DNA of 64,000 bases. It comes from Felis catus (lineage: Eukaryota). Every line of letters begins with the position of its first letter. Position 1 is the first letter of the stretch. The position numbers and the translations under genes are program-made. Below are positions 1 through 12,840 of the stretch, in pieces. Under the pieces are notes generated by a model. That model did not search any database, was not told the DNA's origin, and saw only the letters and a program-made list of their open reading frames with translations. The stretch covers positions 48,300,001 to 48,364,000 of the forward strand of contig NC_058368.1 of NCBI RefSeq assembly GCF_018350175.1, in the 5' to 3' direction.

Positions 1-174
1 CTACTAACAGCCAACCAGGTTCTAGGACCGGCAGTGAGGACATCACAGGCCATGCTGGCCACTCTCTGTGTTCTTTGCCACTGACCAGTAACCAACGCCG
101 CTGTGTAGCAAGAAACCTTTTTCTATCCAAAATGGTCACAAGCAATGAGAAGTAGGAATTGTATACAGTACAGA

Positions 175-297
175 TAAAAAAAAAAACAAAAAACAAAAAA
201 AACTTTCCAGTTGGTAAAAAAAAAAAAAAAAAAAGAAAAAAAAGAACGAAAGAGGAGAAAAAAAAAAAAAAAACCAAAAAAACAACCACCAAAAAAC
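175..297. repeat. A-rich low-complexity tract (U-rich in mRNA)
   Basis: Several long A runs on the + strand, interrupted by short spacers. Confidence 0.9.
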
Positions 298-751
298 CCA
301 GTGCTTGGTGGGTAGTCAGATTGTGTAGCAAAAGGAGCTGTGTATCAACAGAATCGCAGCCCTTGTTCGAAGGAAATTGCCTGATGAATTTTTCAGACCT
401 GGCAGAAAATGCAGAGCACGTATTTTTGAAGACAGAATTTGACCTGAAAATCATTATGCTGTTGCTTGAACATTTAAAACAAATTCCTTTTAATACCATC
501 CAACACGAATTGTCCTTGTTTCAATGTTTATAGTTCTTGCTTCATCATTAAAGTTTCTCTGAGTAAGAAGAGGATCCCAAAAAGGATAGTTCTACAACCG
601 GAAATTATTTCAGAATGTTCAAACATTTAAACATGAGCTAGGAATATTGTGAGGTTAATTTGTGCAATTCCCCAAATCAAGTGTTGGTGATTAAAATATA
701 TTGCAAAGGCCTATGCTGGCAACCTTTTATATCTAAGCTATAAAAAATCTT

Positions 752-780
752 AACAACAACAACAACAACAACAATAACAA
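752..780. repeat. (AAC)n microsatellite ((GUU)n in mRNA)
   Basis: aacaacaacaacaacaacaacaataacaa. Confidence 0.9.
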
Positions 781-2499
781 AAAAACTTCACCAAGCCCCT
801 TAGCCACATAAAGCTGAAAAAAAAAAAAAAACAACCCAGCTTTTAGTGGAGAAACAAAATACGGTAATTTTTCTGAAAGAATGCTTGTTGGTGATGTATT
901 GCTTTGTTTCCTGTGTACTTCGCTAGCTGCAAGAAAGGCTCGTGAGTTTAGGGGGCTGACGGGATGATCATCTCCTTCCTCTCACCCTCAGCACAGGATG
1001 AGTGGGTTCAACATCCCTGTAGATGCCAGCGCAGAACCCCTGGGTTCCGATACAGTTTAGAAAATGAAGTCTATATAGAAGAACCTATTGGAGAGTCACT
1101 TGGCCTTGGCTCTCCAAGTGAGGAAACTAGCACCATGTCAGGCTTTCCTCGGGGAGCGCTCCCTTTCCACTGACTCGGTTCCAAGGAGAACTGACCCATT
1201 AACCCAAGGGTTAACTCCCTGCTATGCCTCCTTGGCCTTTCTCGTCACCAAATAACTGTTTTCAAACAAGAAAAGGGGAGCATAATCTTTAATTGTGGTA
1301 CTCAACCAAGCAGGACAACAAACAGCAGAAAGATTACCTCAGGGCTCTAAATGTAACCAAGACATCTAAAATGCTAGGGTGTTTTTTACAATCCCTTTAG
1401 TAAGTATGAAAATTGGTAACGTGAGTCCTCAGTGAAGTTATTGTAGGAAAGTCCTTTTATTCATTATTGCTTTTCTCCTCAAGAGGCGCATTATTCCATC
1501 TCTGCTTTGTCTGATTTTTCATGTTCACTGACTTTGCCCGAGCAGCCCCACCTCTTACCTTGGTGCCAGTGTGTCTAAGAAAGTTTGTTGTTTTTTTTCC
1601 CCCCCTGATTCCTTGTAATCAAATACTAGGGGCAGGAAGAGATGATGCCTAGGTGACAGAACACTGCAATTTGAAGTGGGGCAGTAGTTTTTTAGACAGG
1701 CTCTTCCTATTCAACTACAGAACACCTCTGTGCCAGTCCATGCCAGGGCAGACACCGAGACTAGGCTCCAACTGAAATGTCGCTGCCCCTCTGCTCGAAC
1801 AGATGAACAAAACAGAATCAAAACAAAACAAAAACAATCAACGACAAACAAATGAGAGATTCAATGTTGGTTTTCTTCAGGGCATGGCAGAATGACAAGT
1901 TGCGGGTGATATCTAGTTGCCGTCATCACTATTGCAAAGGGCTGCCTGAGCGCCCCTTTATTTTCAGGTAATGGAACCTCTCCAACAGGCTTCTTCTTCT
2001 CTACTTTCATGCTGCTTGCTGGTAACAGATTGGATGTGTGTTCTATCTTACTGAGACAGTAACTAAAATTTCAGTAAAAAGAGGGTAAGGGGTGGGATGA
2101 TGGGAGAAGAATCCAAATTTAAAAGGTCTTGCGCTAGCCATCAATTTGTGGTAGACGACCTTTACGGTATCGATAACAAAACGTCTGACAGCTCAGAAAA
2201 CGTACAAGCTACAAACATCTTGAAATGGCAGAGTACACAGCACGGGAAACAATGCCTGTCTCTTCAGCATTTGTGTCACGGATCTCCCAGGCCAGCGAGA
2301 AGACGTTTCTGGTGTAGTCGTGATGGGGGTTACCTTCAGACCGAAAGGAGAAGTGTTACTTCTTTTTCCTGCTCTGGTTTCAGACATCGTGGGATGGTGA
2401 TGCCCTTTTGTGTTAACACTGTGAAGGGGATTCAGCCCTGCTGAATTGGGTGCCGCTAAGAGATCCAGCTCTTACGCTCAGCTGGACGGGTAGCATTCC

Positions 2500-2835
<336 letters not shown>

Positions 2836-3711
2836 TCAGCCAGGTGGGGGTTTCAATCCCGTCTCTCCTGTTGGGACATCTGGCAGACTTAGTTAACGCT
2901 TGCACCCTCAATTACCGGGGAGTTACTTTCCGGTCAAAATACGTAAAGGCGTAAACTGATCACTACTGGATATCATCTCGACTGGGTGACTAAAGAGGCA
3001 TTTTAGGTCTCTACTTAGGGTTGATTGGGCTCTAATGCTGGGACTCACAAAGAATTATAAAGGGTAATTAGTTAGGTTTTGTTTCAATACTCCTCCCAAA
3101 ATGTATACCACTTGGATGGTTTAAAGCTGTTTCAGGACACAATGTCCATTTATCAGTCACTGAGAATATGCACAGAGTCTCATTAAAAGGTAAAGCACTC
3201 CACCACTCCCCAGAAATTAGGTATGAAGTACCTATCGTTCATAAACCATCTACTTTTTGCTTGTCTACTGGAAAGGAATCCTAGATAGCTAAGAGTGTAA
3301 AGTTTAAATACCCTTTTCAGTGATTTAATTACAGCGAGCCCTGAGGAATCATCAAGTTGGTTTTAGTGTTGAAACTCATGGTGAAAAGCAGTCTGAAGAA
3401 GTATGTAATTTGACCAGGTCCTTCAGTCAACTTGTAAGAACAGTAAAATATGCAAAGGCTTTGCTGGGAAAAGATACACTACCCATTGTCCACGAACTCC
3501 CAGGGGGAGAGAGACAATGGTTGACCCAGGTGTGTTTTTTCCTGGCTCTCACTCAGAATGGATGCCCTGTCCCCATGCAACCCCACAAAAAGTGATCTCT
3601 CCTTCTGTTCCTTCCATCCAATAGTCAACAGAATTCCTGGCCACACACAGTCTTTGGTGAAAAGGACCTACGACAGGGAAGGGAGTTTTTGGCTGATTCC
3701 TATGCAAAGTG

Positions 3712-3828
3712 AGTATTACTAACCCCACCTTACAGATGAGAAAACTGAGGCTTAATGCAGTAAAGTAACTTGCCCAATGTCGGAAAAAAAGAAGCATTTG
3801 GTTCCAAATCCAGCCCTTTTCACTATGT
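3712..3828 (-). mobile_element. MIR SINE fragment
   Basis: MIR core ccccaccttacagatgagaaaactgaggct...aagtaacttgccca. Boundaries approximate. Confidence 0.75.
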
Positions 3829-4097
3829 TACAGTGGAATGTAGAATTCTTTTCCCATGTAAACTTTGTCACATCCTCAAAGTTGGTTCTACTTTCTCAGG
3901 AACTCCCAAATTATTCATTTCTTACTTCTATTATATCATCTATCACAGGTATCATAAAGATTTTATTTAGGTGCCTTTTCCTCAACCAGTTTCTGAATAC
4001 GTGGAGGTCAAGGACCAGACCGCTACCATTTCGGTATCCTTGGGGTAAAGGATAGAATAAATATCAGACAAGTTCTTGAATGAATCAACAAAACTGC

Positions 4098-4128
<31 letters not shown>

Positions 4129-4155
4129 ACACAGACACACAGACACACACACACA
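4098..4155. repeat. (CA)n/(CAGACA) microsatellite
   Basis: Direct inspection. Confidence 0.95.
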
Positions 4156-5171
4156 GAACTATGAGGCTCTGTACACGAGAGTACAAGGAACACCTACATG
4201 GGAGAACTAGCCTGAACTGGACCCAACATTTTTCACTCAACCCTGAAACAAATGCTATCCCTATGGGCCCTTTCAGGATCAGGAGATCCTTTCAGAAGTG
4301 AGTGAACGGCACAGACCCATTAAATCTAGAAATGCTGATGCTCTAATTGTGGGCCACAGAAAGCTCCAGGTTGTTCTGAAAGAACTCCTTTCAAGTAGAA
4401 GCCTACTGAGTGGATTAACCCAAAACCTTACCCTCTGACACATTCTGGATGTCCTACAGAGAGAAAAATCTTCATTTGCAGGTGTCTATTGACCAAAGTT
4501 GAACAGAAATTAAAATAATAATAAAAATCAGCAAAACCCCTAAGTGGAAAAGATTGAGTGTCTCCTCCATAGTATATCACTGGCAACTGTTAACATGCTT
4601 TTATTTACATGCCATCCCTAGACGTTTGTGACATTTATATCACGAGCATGGGTGATAAGGAGCTGAGCTTGATATAAATCATGTCTTCAAAAACTCATCC
4701 ATCTTTGGGGCACTGCGCTCAGCTAGCGGACTCAGTCACCAAGGGGCATTTCTTAGCTCTCTCCTGTGTCACCAGGAACCAGCCACAGAGAGTGTAAAGT
4801 TATGAAGGAAAGAAGACAGCGTTTTCTAAATTGAAGGATGGATGGAGAAGGGTCATGTGTGTCCGACTCCCCTTGCTGTTCCAGATGGAGTGAGGGGAAG
4901 AGGGCCCACAGCTGGGATGAGCCTGGAAAATAAGCAGAGGCAAGGAGGACACAGGGCCTTCTAATTTCATCTCAGGAGGGATGTTAGAGGTTTGGATGGC
5001 CTGCCTTGGGGACACTTTCTTGTCTCAGGTGCTCTCTGGACTTCCTTGCACCTCCAAAGTAGGCACTTCATATTCTCTAATTTCTTCCTCACAGTTATAA
5101 TACTTTCATTTTACTTTCATTTTGGCTGTTGAATTATGCCATTTACGTCCTTTACACTTGAAAATCTATAG

Positions 5172-5515
5172 CAGAGGGTGGTAAACTGTGGTTCCCCGGC
5201 TAAATCCGGTCTTTGGCCTGTATTTTGTGCCAACTTTGAGCTTACAATGGTTTTTACACTTGTACGTGGTTGAAAAAAATCAAGAGCACTATTTCATGGC
5301 ACATGAAAATTACATGCAATTCAAATTTTAGTATCCATAAATAAGTTTTTATTGGAACACAAATCATGTTCATTTGTCTACATATTGGTTATGGCTGTCT
5401 TCCAGTGATGGCAGAATTGAGCACTGCAAGAGAGAATAATGTAATAAAGCATCTAGGCCTGAAATGCTTAGAATATTTACTATCTGGCCCTTTACACAAA
5501 GTCCACTGATCCTTG
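5172..5515. mobile_element. MER58B-like hAT-Charlie MITE
   Basis: About 344 bp with cagagggtggtaaac...ctgatccttg termini. Internal ttttattggaacaca and atatttactatctggccctttaca motifs are typical of MER58. Confidence 0.75.
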
Positions 5516-6240
5516 ATGTTAGGAAGGCACCTGAACTTTGCGTAGGCTTCTTGATTACATTAAATTACTGACTTGGGGTATATAATACACACTGTTAATT
5601 TGGGATGGGTGGGTGAGGGACTATTTTGGCTATAGAATAATCACTTACTCTCTGTTAAGGACCCCAACTAAAATTCTAACAGCACACTCAGTAATAAACA
5701 CGTGATATTTCACACCACATACTCTGAGAGTTCTGGATTGAGTGACTCTCTGAAAAGGCTCACCCAATCCAATCTGAGTTTTACAAATATCTTTAGGGTC
5801 TTTTCTGCTCATTAAAAAATGAGGAGGGTCTTCCTATGAGAGTCAGGATGGGGTAGGGTCAGGCATGTCTCTGTAAACTTTACAGAGATTCTACAGTGTA
5901 GAACAGTGATTCTACATGATGATGGAGGCTCCTCTCCAATCCCTTTCACTACAGTCGTCTTACAAGGCCATTGTGAACCATGATGAGTTTCTATGACTAG
6001 CTACTGAGTCTGGGGGAGAGAACACTGATAGGGAAGGATCGGAAAGTAGCTTAGCTGTTTGGCATCGTTCCTGACATGGCTATTTTAGGGGGTGGGGCCT
6101 AAAATAACTGGGGAAGGCAGTAACTGGTAGCAAGGATTTCTGTGAGCCCACAGACTTGGAGCAGGAAAACTCTGTGCAAAATCTGAGAAGTATTCTGTGA
6201 GGTGGAATCAGAGCACAATCAGTGATCATGAAAGACAAGG

Positions 6241-6550
6241 CTGGGTGAAATGGGTGCAGTGAGCCAAAAGGCACAAATGTCCAGTTATAGAAAAAATATG
6301 TCATGGGGATGTAATGGAACAGCAGGTGACTGTAGTTAGAATACTGTATTATATATTTCAAAGTTGCTAAGAGAGTAGATCTTAATGAAAAGTTCTTGTC
6401 AGGCAAAAAAACCATCTGTATCTCTGTGTTGATAGATGTTAACTACACTTACCGTAGTGATACCTTCACAACATATACAAATATCGAATCATGTTGTACA
6501 CCTGAAACTGGTTTAATATTGTATGCCAATTATATCTCAAAAAGAAAAAG
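6241..6550 (+). mobile_element. L1 3' end (L1MA-type/old carnivore), 5'-truncated
   Basis: aaagttgctaagagagtagatctta...tgttgtacacctgaaact...caattatatctcaa followed by an A-rich tail. Confidence 0.8.
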
Positions 6551-7036
6551 GAAGTCAAGGAAAAGGTCTCAAAAATACAAGAGGCAGACATGTCCCTACT
6601 CTTGAATAAAACCAATGAAAATGATAAAAGTTTTTAAGTTATTAAGGGCTAGGTGATGAATGAAGGCATATAACGAAGAATGCAAACCTTCGCTACTCGG
6701 CAGTGGGGAGGGAGAAAGTGTATCAGAAAATAGTAAACTTAATTGTCTGAGCAATAAGTGAGTTTTTTCTTGAAAATTTCTTATAAAAAGGTATATTTTC
6801 TTTTTAATATCCATGAAAACTTAAGCATAATATTCTTTGCCCCTATTGCCTCATTAATAAAATTAGAGTTTGAGTATTTTCTCTCCATGCTTAAAAAAAA
6901 AAAACAGAAGGGAAAAAGAAAACAATAAAAAGGAAAAAAAAATAGAGGCTGAGCTATACGGGGTGAGAAGAGGAGATGGATGTTCTGATCAGGCAGAGAG
7001 CTGGCTTCTGCTCTTCACTCCAGAGACCTAGGTTTT

Positions 7037-7308
7037 CATAAGAGACTTTTAAGTACAGAGAACAAACTGAGGGTTGATGCGGGGGTGGGGGGAGGGGAAA
7101 ATGGGTGATGGGCACTGAGGAGGGCATTTGTTGGAATAAGCACTGGGTGTTGTATGCAAGCGATGAATCACGGGAATCTACCCCCAAAACCAAGAGCACA
7201 TTGTATACACTGTATGTTAGCTAACTTGACAATAAATTATATTTAAACCCGTAAGAACAAAACTCATATATATTAGCAAAAGAGAGAGGGAGGGAGAGAG
7301 GGAGAGAG
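7037..7308 (+). mobile_element. Felid/carnivore L1 3' end with a 15-bp TSD
   Basis: gagaacaaactgagggttgatg...gcactgggtgttgtatg...gacaataaatt. TSD agagacctaggtttt at 7022-7036 and 7309-7323. Confidence 0.88.
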
Positions 7309-8666
7309 AGAGACCTAGGTTTTGATTATACCTGCCCAGGGCCTAGCATTTTGTTAAAAACAAAATCAATAAATGTTCTTTTTGGACTAGTCAGTTCCAG
7401 AAGTGGATACAAGAACAATTTTAGTGGCCACTGCATTGTATTAAACTCTGTATTTTATTTTATGCTTGTGCTTTAAAGCAATTTAAAGGATACAATCTTG
7501 TAAGCAAATTAGGGTAACAGAAACTTCATGATGTGAGGAAAAGCTTATTAAAATGATAAATACGTTTGTAAGATATATTGTAGTATGCAGACATGAGCCC
7601 TGAAAGGATATAATGAACAGACAGAATCTTTCTTCCATCCTGTCTTCTTTCCTCCAAAATCTTGCTGGAAAGTAGAAAACTAAATTTACTAAGAAGTTAG
7701 TGGTAGGCACAGAATAGGGAGTGTATGTCCCATGACAATTTTCCTATGGAAAGCGTTGGCTTGGACAATGAAAGGAGTCAGGCATCTCCCTGGGTCTATG
7801 CTTCTATTGTACACAGCTGCTGTGCATCAGGAGGATGATGGGGAGAGTAAACACGATTTCCAGTAATTTCTTCAGGAATCGTGAACTGTCCTTACACTCA
7901 TTTGAATTAGATTTCTGCAAATGTGTTATTCAAAACTGTTTTCTCTAGAAATAAGCTAAAAAGAAAAACAGCATGCCCACCTTCTTCCTTCTTTTGTCTA
8001 ACTCACAAGTACACTTTGAATCCCTAGTGGCAAAATCTTTGAAAGAATAGTTAATATTTTTCAAAAAAAAAAAAAAAACCTGTAAGTTTTGATTCCACCA
8101 TCAGATCACCTGTGATTTTTGTTTCTTCTCCTCATCCCACGAAATAATGAAATGACAGAAAATGACATGGTACACGTCATTACCAATAAGTCATAGTTTA
8201 GATGATTTTTCTTTGCTAAGTTGAGACATTAAGCGACTAATGTTTAAGAAAAACCGAAGGACATGAACTAGGTAATTAATTGGTAGCTTAATCCCATGCC
8301 ATACCTTGGGGAGTTTACTAACTTTCAGGTCTTCAGTTCTGAAGCGTGAAGTTCTCCATGTCCCATGACAAATCCAAGCCATTTCCACACTTTGTATTTG
8401 AAAAAAAAGAATGCGGCTATTTCTGAGCACAATCCGTCCTCCTCTGTTGTTTAAAAAACCTGGACTAAACTATGAAAACCTCTGAAAAAGGAAAATGTTA
8501 ACCAAAACGAATAGCAAAAAAGCTTCTATTTTTTAAAGTGGAACAGTCCTATAAAGAGTAAACAGAGAGAGAAAAAAAAAAAGAACAAGGAAGGGGGTTT
8601 GTTAAGTTTTGTTATGAAACACTTTTTAACTCCGCTTTCAGAGTTCAAGCTAAATACAATTTTATA

Positions 8667-8691
8667 TGCGTGTGTGTGCGTGTGTGTGTGT
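8667..8691. repeat. (TG)n microsatellite, imperfect
   Basis: tgcgtgtgtgtgcgtgtgtgtgtgt. Confidence 0.85.
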
Positions 8692-9559
8692 ATTCACAGG
8701 CGTTATTTAAACAGAAGTCTAATTAAGTGTCCAGAGAAAATGAAAACTCACGTCAGGGTTTTCTTCTTGAAACAGTCAACAAACTGATTTATTATGAGAA
8801 CCCCTGTCTCTTTCAATTTTGGTTAAAGAAAAGGATTAAGAGTCACTAAATGCACTTCCATGACATTTACCCAGCAGAAGCATAATAAAGTCTAAAGAAA
8901 ACACCAGGTCTTGAATGGATTCCCAAAACCCACGAAACAAAAATAACTTTTTCAGGTACCTCCCATCTTCCCATCTGAAATGCTGAAAGGTAAATGTGTA
9001 CTGAGACAAAAGACAGGTGCCCTTTCATATTAAAATGACGTGTAAGCAATACACATAAGAGGAATGTGCAGTTTGAAAAGTCTGGGTCAAACAAAACACC
9101 CATGTTCTCACATCAGCTACTCTCTGCTATTTTCTCAAGCAACTGAAAAGGAACACCTTTTGCAGCAGGAAGCACAGGCATTTTTTTTTTTTTTTTCAGT
9201 TCAGAAGTGCATTTCTGAAATGTGTCCCTGTTTAACTTTTATGAAGTTATGGGGCCCCAGACGCTGACAAATGAGCTTCATTACACTCAAGGCTCAACAT
9301 ATTTGCTGTGACAATCTGTTTCACTTGAGGAATGGTATTTGCATATGACGGGGGGGGGGGCGGGGGGGGGAGCAGAATCAAGATTCCTATCTTGTCTTCT
9401 GGTTTCTATTACCTTAGTTCATAAAAGTTCACACAATTTTAGATCTGGGAGGAAATTAGGTGCTTTTAAAATGAGGAAACAGAAACCTGGAGCTGAGATT
9501 ACAAAGCTCTTGACTTGTCCTCAGGGTGGACCAGGCTGCCTTCCTTATTGGTGGTGTTA

Positions 9560-9775
9560 AGGTGGCCTGAAATAGCATAGGCTTTGAAATCGGGCAGAAA
9601 GCCTGGTCAGATGCTGGCTCAGTCATCGATCTGCAATCAGACCTCAGGCTAGAGCGTTGGGCTTTCTGAAACATCGTCTCCCCATCTGTAACATGGAAAC
9701 ACTGTTCCTACACTTGGGAAACTGAAAGTACACGTGGCATGTGCCTGAGAAATGACAGGTGCTCAATAAAATATT
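9560..9775 (+). mobile_element. MIR fragment
   Basis: agcataggctttgaaatc...ctccccatctgtaacatgg...aggtgctcaataaa. Approximate. Confidence 0.6.
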
Positions 9776-10328
9776 TAATTTTATAGTTATGAAATTCAAG
9801 GTTTTTCTGTTTTTGCTAGGAAATATAAATTATAAAGTTAAAAATAGATCCTGTTTGCTATGTTTCAAAAAAAAAAAAAAGAATTAAGAGTTTTCTGGTA
9901 ATTGGATGCCAATCTTCATCTTGATTTTCCTAACATTTTAATTATAAAACTACGAACAGAACAATGTAGTATCTTATAATTTAGTATTTTATAATTTGTT
10001 TGATCCATTTGATGTTGTCAATTCAATTAAACACGTAATCAATGTTAGTCTCTGCCCCACTGAATTGTCTGGACTGAATTAACTGTCTTTTTTCATTATG
10101 TGTAAATGAGACAAAGTGGATTTGTTCTTTCTTCCCCATGCAATTCCATAACGCGTATCTTTGATGAAAACAATATTTGCCAAAGCATATAGCACTTTCC
10201 ACACACAGCACTTTGTTCTAAGAGCTTTACGGACGTGCGCTTTGCAGTAACCAACTCCATTTCACCCCGAGTTGGTATGTGACAGAGGTAGGATTTGAAT
10301 TCTGGGAATCGGATACTAGAGCTCACAG

Positions 10329-10515
10329 GGGTTTTTTTGTTGTTGTTTAATGTTCATCTGTTTTTGAGAGGCAGCACATGTGGGGCAGGGGCAGCTAGAG
10401 GGGGACAGAGGACCTGAAGCAGGCTCTACGCTGACAGCAGAGAACCTCACGGACCGCAAGATCACGACCCGAGCCAAAGTTGGACGCTCAACCGACGAAG
10501 CCACCCAGGTGCTCC
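10329..10515 (-). mobile_element. Can-SINE (internally deleted) inserted in a MIR
   Basis: Reverse SINE ending ccacccaggtgctcc. TSD agagctcacag at 10318-10328 and 10516-10526. Confidence 0.9.
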
Positions 10516-10869
10516 AGAGCTCACAGTTTTAACCTCTCCTCTATATTTGCCTCTCAATGCTTTAAGTCACTGCTTTAATAAACCAGGATATCTGGTCAGA
10601 GCCAGATGTGCAGATTGAAAATGTGAATTAGTACTTGCAGGACAATGTGTTAACACAGAGACTAGCTAGCCCTTCTCATCCAGAAATCAAATATAAATGA
10701 CCTAAAATATCCTATAATAAAAACATACTTTACTGAAAGTAAAATGTTCAAGGTCTAAGGGTAATACTTTATTTGGCTATTCTGAGTTTATTTTTCCATG
10801 TAGTGACAATATTTATTTTCCTATGTTTCTGGTTACACTTTCCTTTTAGTTTCTTTTGCAGAGAGTTCT

Positions 10870-11620
10870 GCCTTTACCCGTCCCTGAAATGTTTACCAAG
10901 ATTTTGACTCTGACTTCTTCTCACCTGCATAAGTTCTCCTTGGCTCCTACGGCTTCCACCACGACTCGTACGGAAAAGATTCCTAAGTCTCTACATCTCA
11001 GTCTCTCTCCTAAGCACTACAGAGAGATCGACCACAGAGGTGGTAGTCCAAAGGTTATTTCAACAGGACCAAAACTTTACTCAGCAGCTACCCCCTAAAA
11101 AAGACCAGTTTCTCCTTCTGCTTTGCTCTCTGGAGAAAAAGGCAATCCTACCTACTCGGGTGTCAAGTCATAAAGTTCTCTAGTTGGAGGGATTTCTTGG
11201 ACTTTTCTGCCTGCTTCGACCTGATCATTACACCTGCCAGCTCTGCCTTCCAAACACCTGTCCAGCTGTCCTCTCCAGTTTACCCCCCAGTTGTGAGCGG
11301 CCTTTCTTTAGGTTCTTGCCACCTTCCACTGACACCAACTTCTAATGGTTCTGTGTCCCTGTCTCATGTCCTACCCTCTCCAATAACATCTGCAATACAT
11401 TGAAGGAAAATGTTCTCAAAGACAATCTGATCACGTGGCTGCCCGGTACCCTGGACACGCCCATGTTAAATTCTCCTCACACCCCACCGTGACTGCTGGT
11501 TTTACTGTCTGTCCGCCCCTCAGCGGTTGAGTACTGAGGGTGGCTTCAAGCCTTCTTCACTACCGTATCCCCAGGGCCTAGGGCAGCAGCTCCTTGCTGG
11601 TAATTGTTGCTTAAATGAAT
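10870..11620 (+). mobile_element. L2 LINE fragment(s)
   Basis: Degenerate pyrimidine-rich L2-like text ending ...gtatccccagggcctag...tgttgcttaaatgaatga. Approximate. Confidence 0.55.
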
Positions 11621-11694
11621 GACACTATTTTAATTCAAAGAGCTCACATTCCCTTAAAATATAACTTGCCACAGTTAACTTAAGAGAGGGTTAA

Positions 11695-11787
11695 GGGAGG
11701 TGCCTGGCTGGCTCAGTTGGTGGAGTGTGCAACTCTTGATCTCAAGAGTTCCAGTCTCATGGCAGGTGTAGAGCTTACTTAAAAAAA
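11695..11787 (+). mobile_element. Short tRNA-derived carnivore SINE (tSINE-like)
   Basis: tgcctggctggctcagttggtggag...actcttgatctc...gtagagcttacttaaaaaaa, with no CT-rich body. Confidence 0.75.
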
Positions 11788-11929
11788 TGAGCAATCTATG
11801 TTGTGAGGCGGAGAGCCACTGCTAGCATTCTACTCATTCTACCATCTTTTCTATTCTAATGAGTTAGAGTATGTATTTTTGAGAAGGAAAATAAGTTTGG
11901 GAGGTTTTATCTAAAACTAGTGCTATTCA

Positions 11930-12159
11930 GGGGCGCCTGGGTGGCGCAGTCGGTTAAGCGTCCGACTTCAGCCAGGTCACGATCTCGTGGTCCGTGAGTT
12001 CGAGCCCCGCGTCAGGCTCTGGGCTGATGGCTCGGAGCCTGGAGCCTGTTTCCGATTCTGTGTCTCCCTCTCTCTCTGCCCCTTCCCCGTTCATGCTCTG
12101 TCTCTCTCTGTCCCAAAAATAAAAAAAAAAAAAAATTAAAAAAAAACGTTGAAAAAAAA
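11930..12159 (+). mobile_element. Young felid Can-SINE (SINEC_Fc-like)
   Basis: ggggcgcctgggtggcgcagtcggttaagcg...gagttcgagccccgc..., a CT-rich body and an A tail. TSD taaaactagtgctatt at 11912-11927 and 12160-12175. Confidence 0.95.
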
Positions 12160-12623
12160 TAAAACTAGTGCTATTTAAAGGGTTGGTCTACAAATATCTC
12201 ATTTTAAACCTGTGAAATTACTAACATGACCTGTGAGTGAGCCTTCTATTTTGCTACTCAAATGAGCATTAATTATTGTAATCTTTAAAACAATGTATGT
12301 ACTTTGTAATTCTATTCTTAGTTATGAAGATTTTTTATTGAATTATCATAAGTATAATAAACATTATTTTTTATATATTCTTTAGTGGTGGATATATTTT
12401 CTGTAAAAATACAGCTCCTCATTATCTTTAATCGTTCCATTAAACCCGCAAATTTTGTATCAGTAATAGTTAATTTTGCCATTCAGGATAAGATGACCCA
12501 AACTCACAATCTAGCCATTCTTCGATAGAACACAACAAAGTACAAGGGCTAGGAAAATTATTATCCCACTCCTGCCTACAACACAATTTTCATTGGTATC
12601 TGGATAAAATAAACCCAAAAGTA

Positions 12624-12840
12624 GGGGCGCCTGGGTGGCTCAGTCGGTTAAGCATCCGACTTCGGCTCAGGTCACGATCTCGCGGTCCGTGAGTTCGAGC
12701 CCCGCGTCAGGCTCTGTGCTGACAGCTCAGAGCCTGAAGCCTGTTTCAGATTCTTTGTCTCCCTCTCTCTGACCCTCCCCTGTTCATGCTCTGTCTCTGT
12801 CTCAAAAATAAATAAACATTAAAAAAAATAATAAAAATAA
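12624..12840 (+). mobile_element. Felid Can-SINE
   Basis: Full-length SINE with A/B boxes. TSD aaaataaacccaaaagta on both sides. Confidence 0.95.

Larger units (their letters stand above)
1..2499 (-). other. KLF12: KLF12 3' UTR (proximal part; probably continues beyond the window)
   Basis: Lies directly after the stop codon. No recognisable interspersed repeats. U-rich tracts and several miRNA seed matches in mRNA sense. Mammalian KLF12 is known to have a long 3' UTR. Confidence 0.85.

Noticed and set aside
159..533. 124-aa Lys-rich ORF on the + strand
   Set aside because: It is a translation of poly(A) tracts antisense to the KLF12 3' UTR, with a TTG start and no protein-like complexity.
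1199..1214. TTAACCC-AA-GGGTTAA inverted repeat in the 3' UTR
   Set aside because: A 7-bp stem is expected by chance in 64 kb, and there is no other support.
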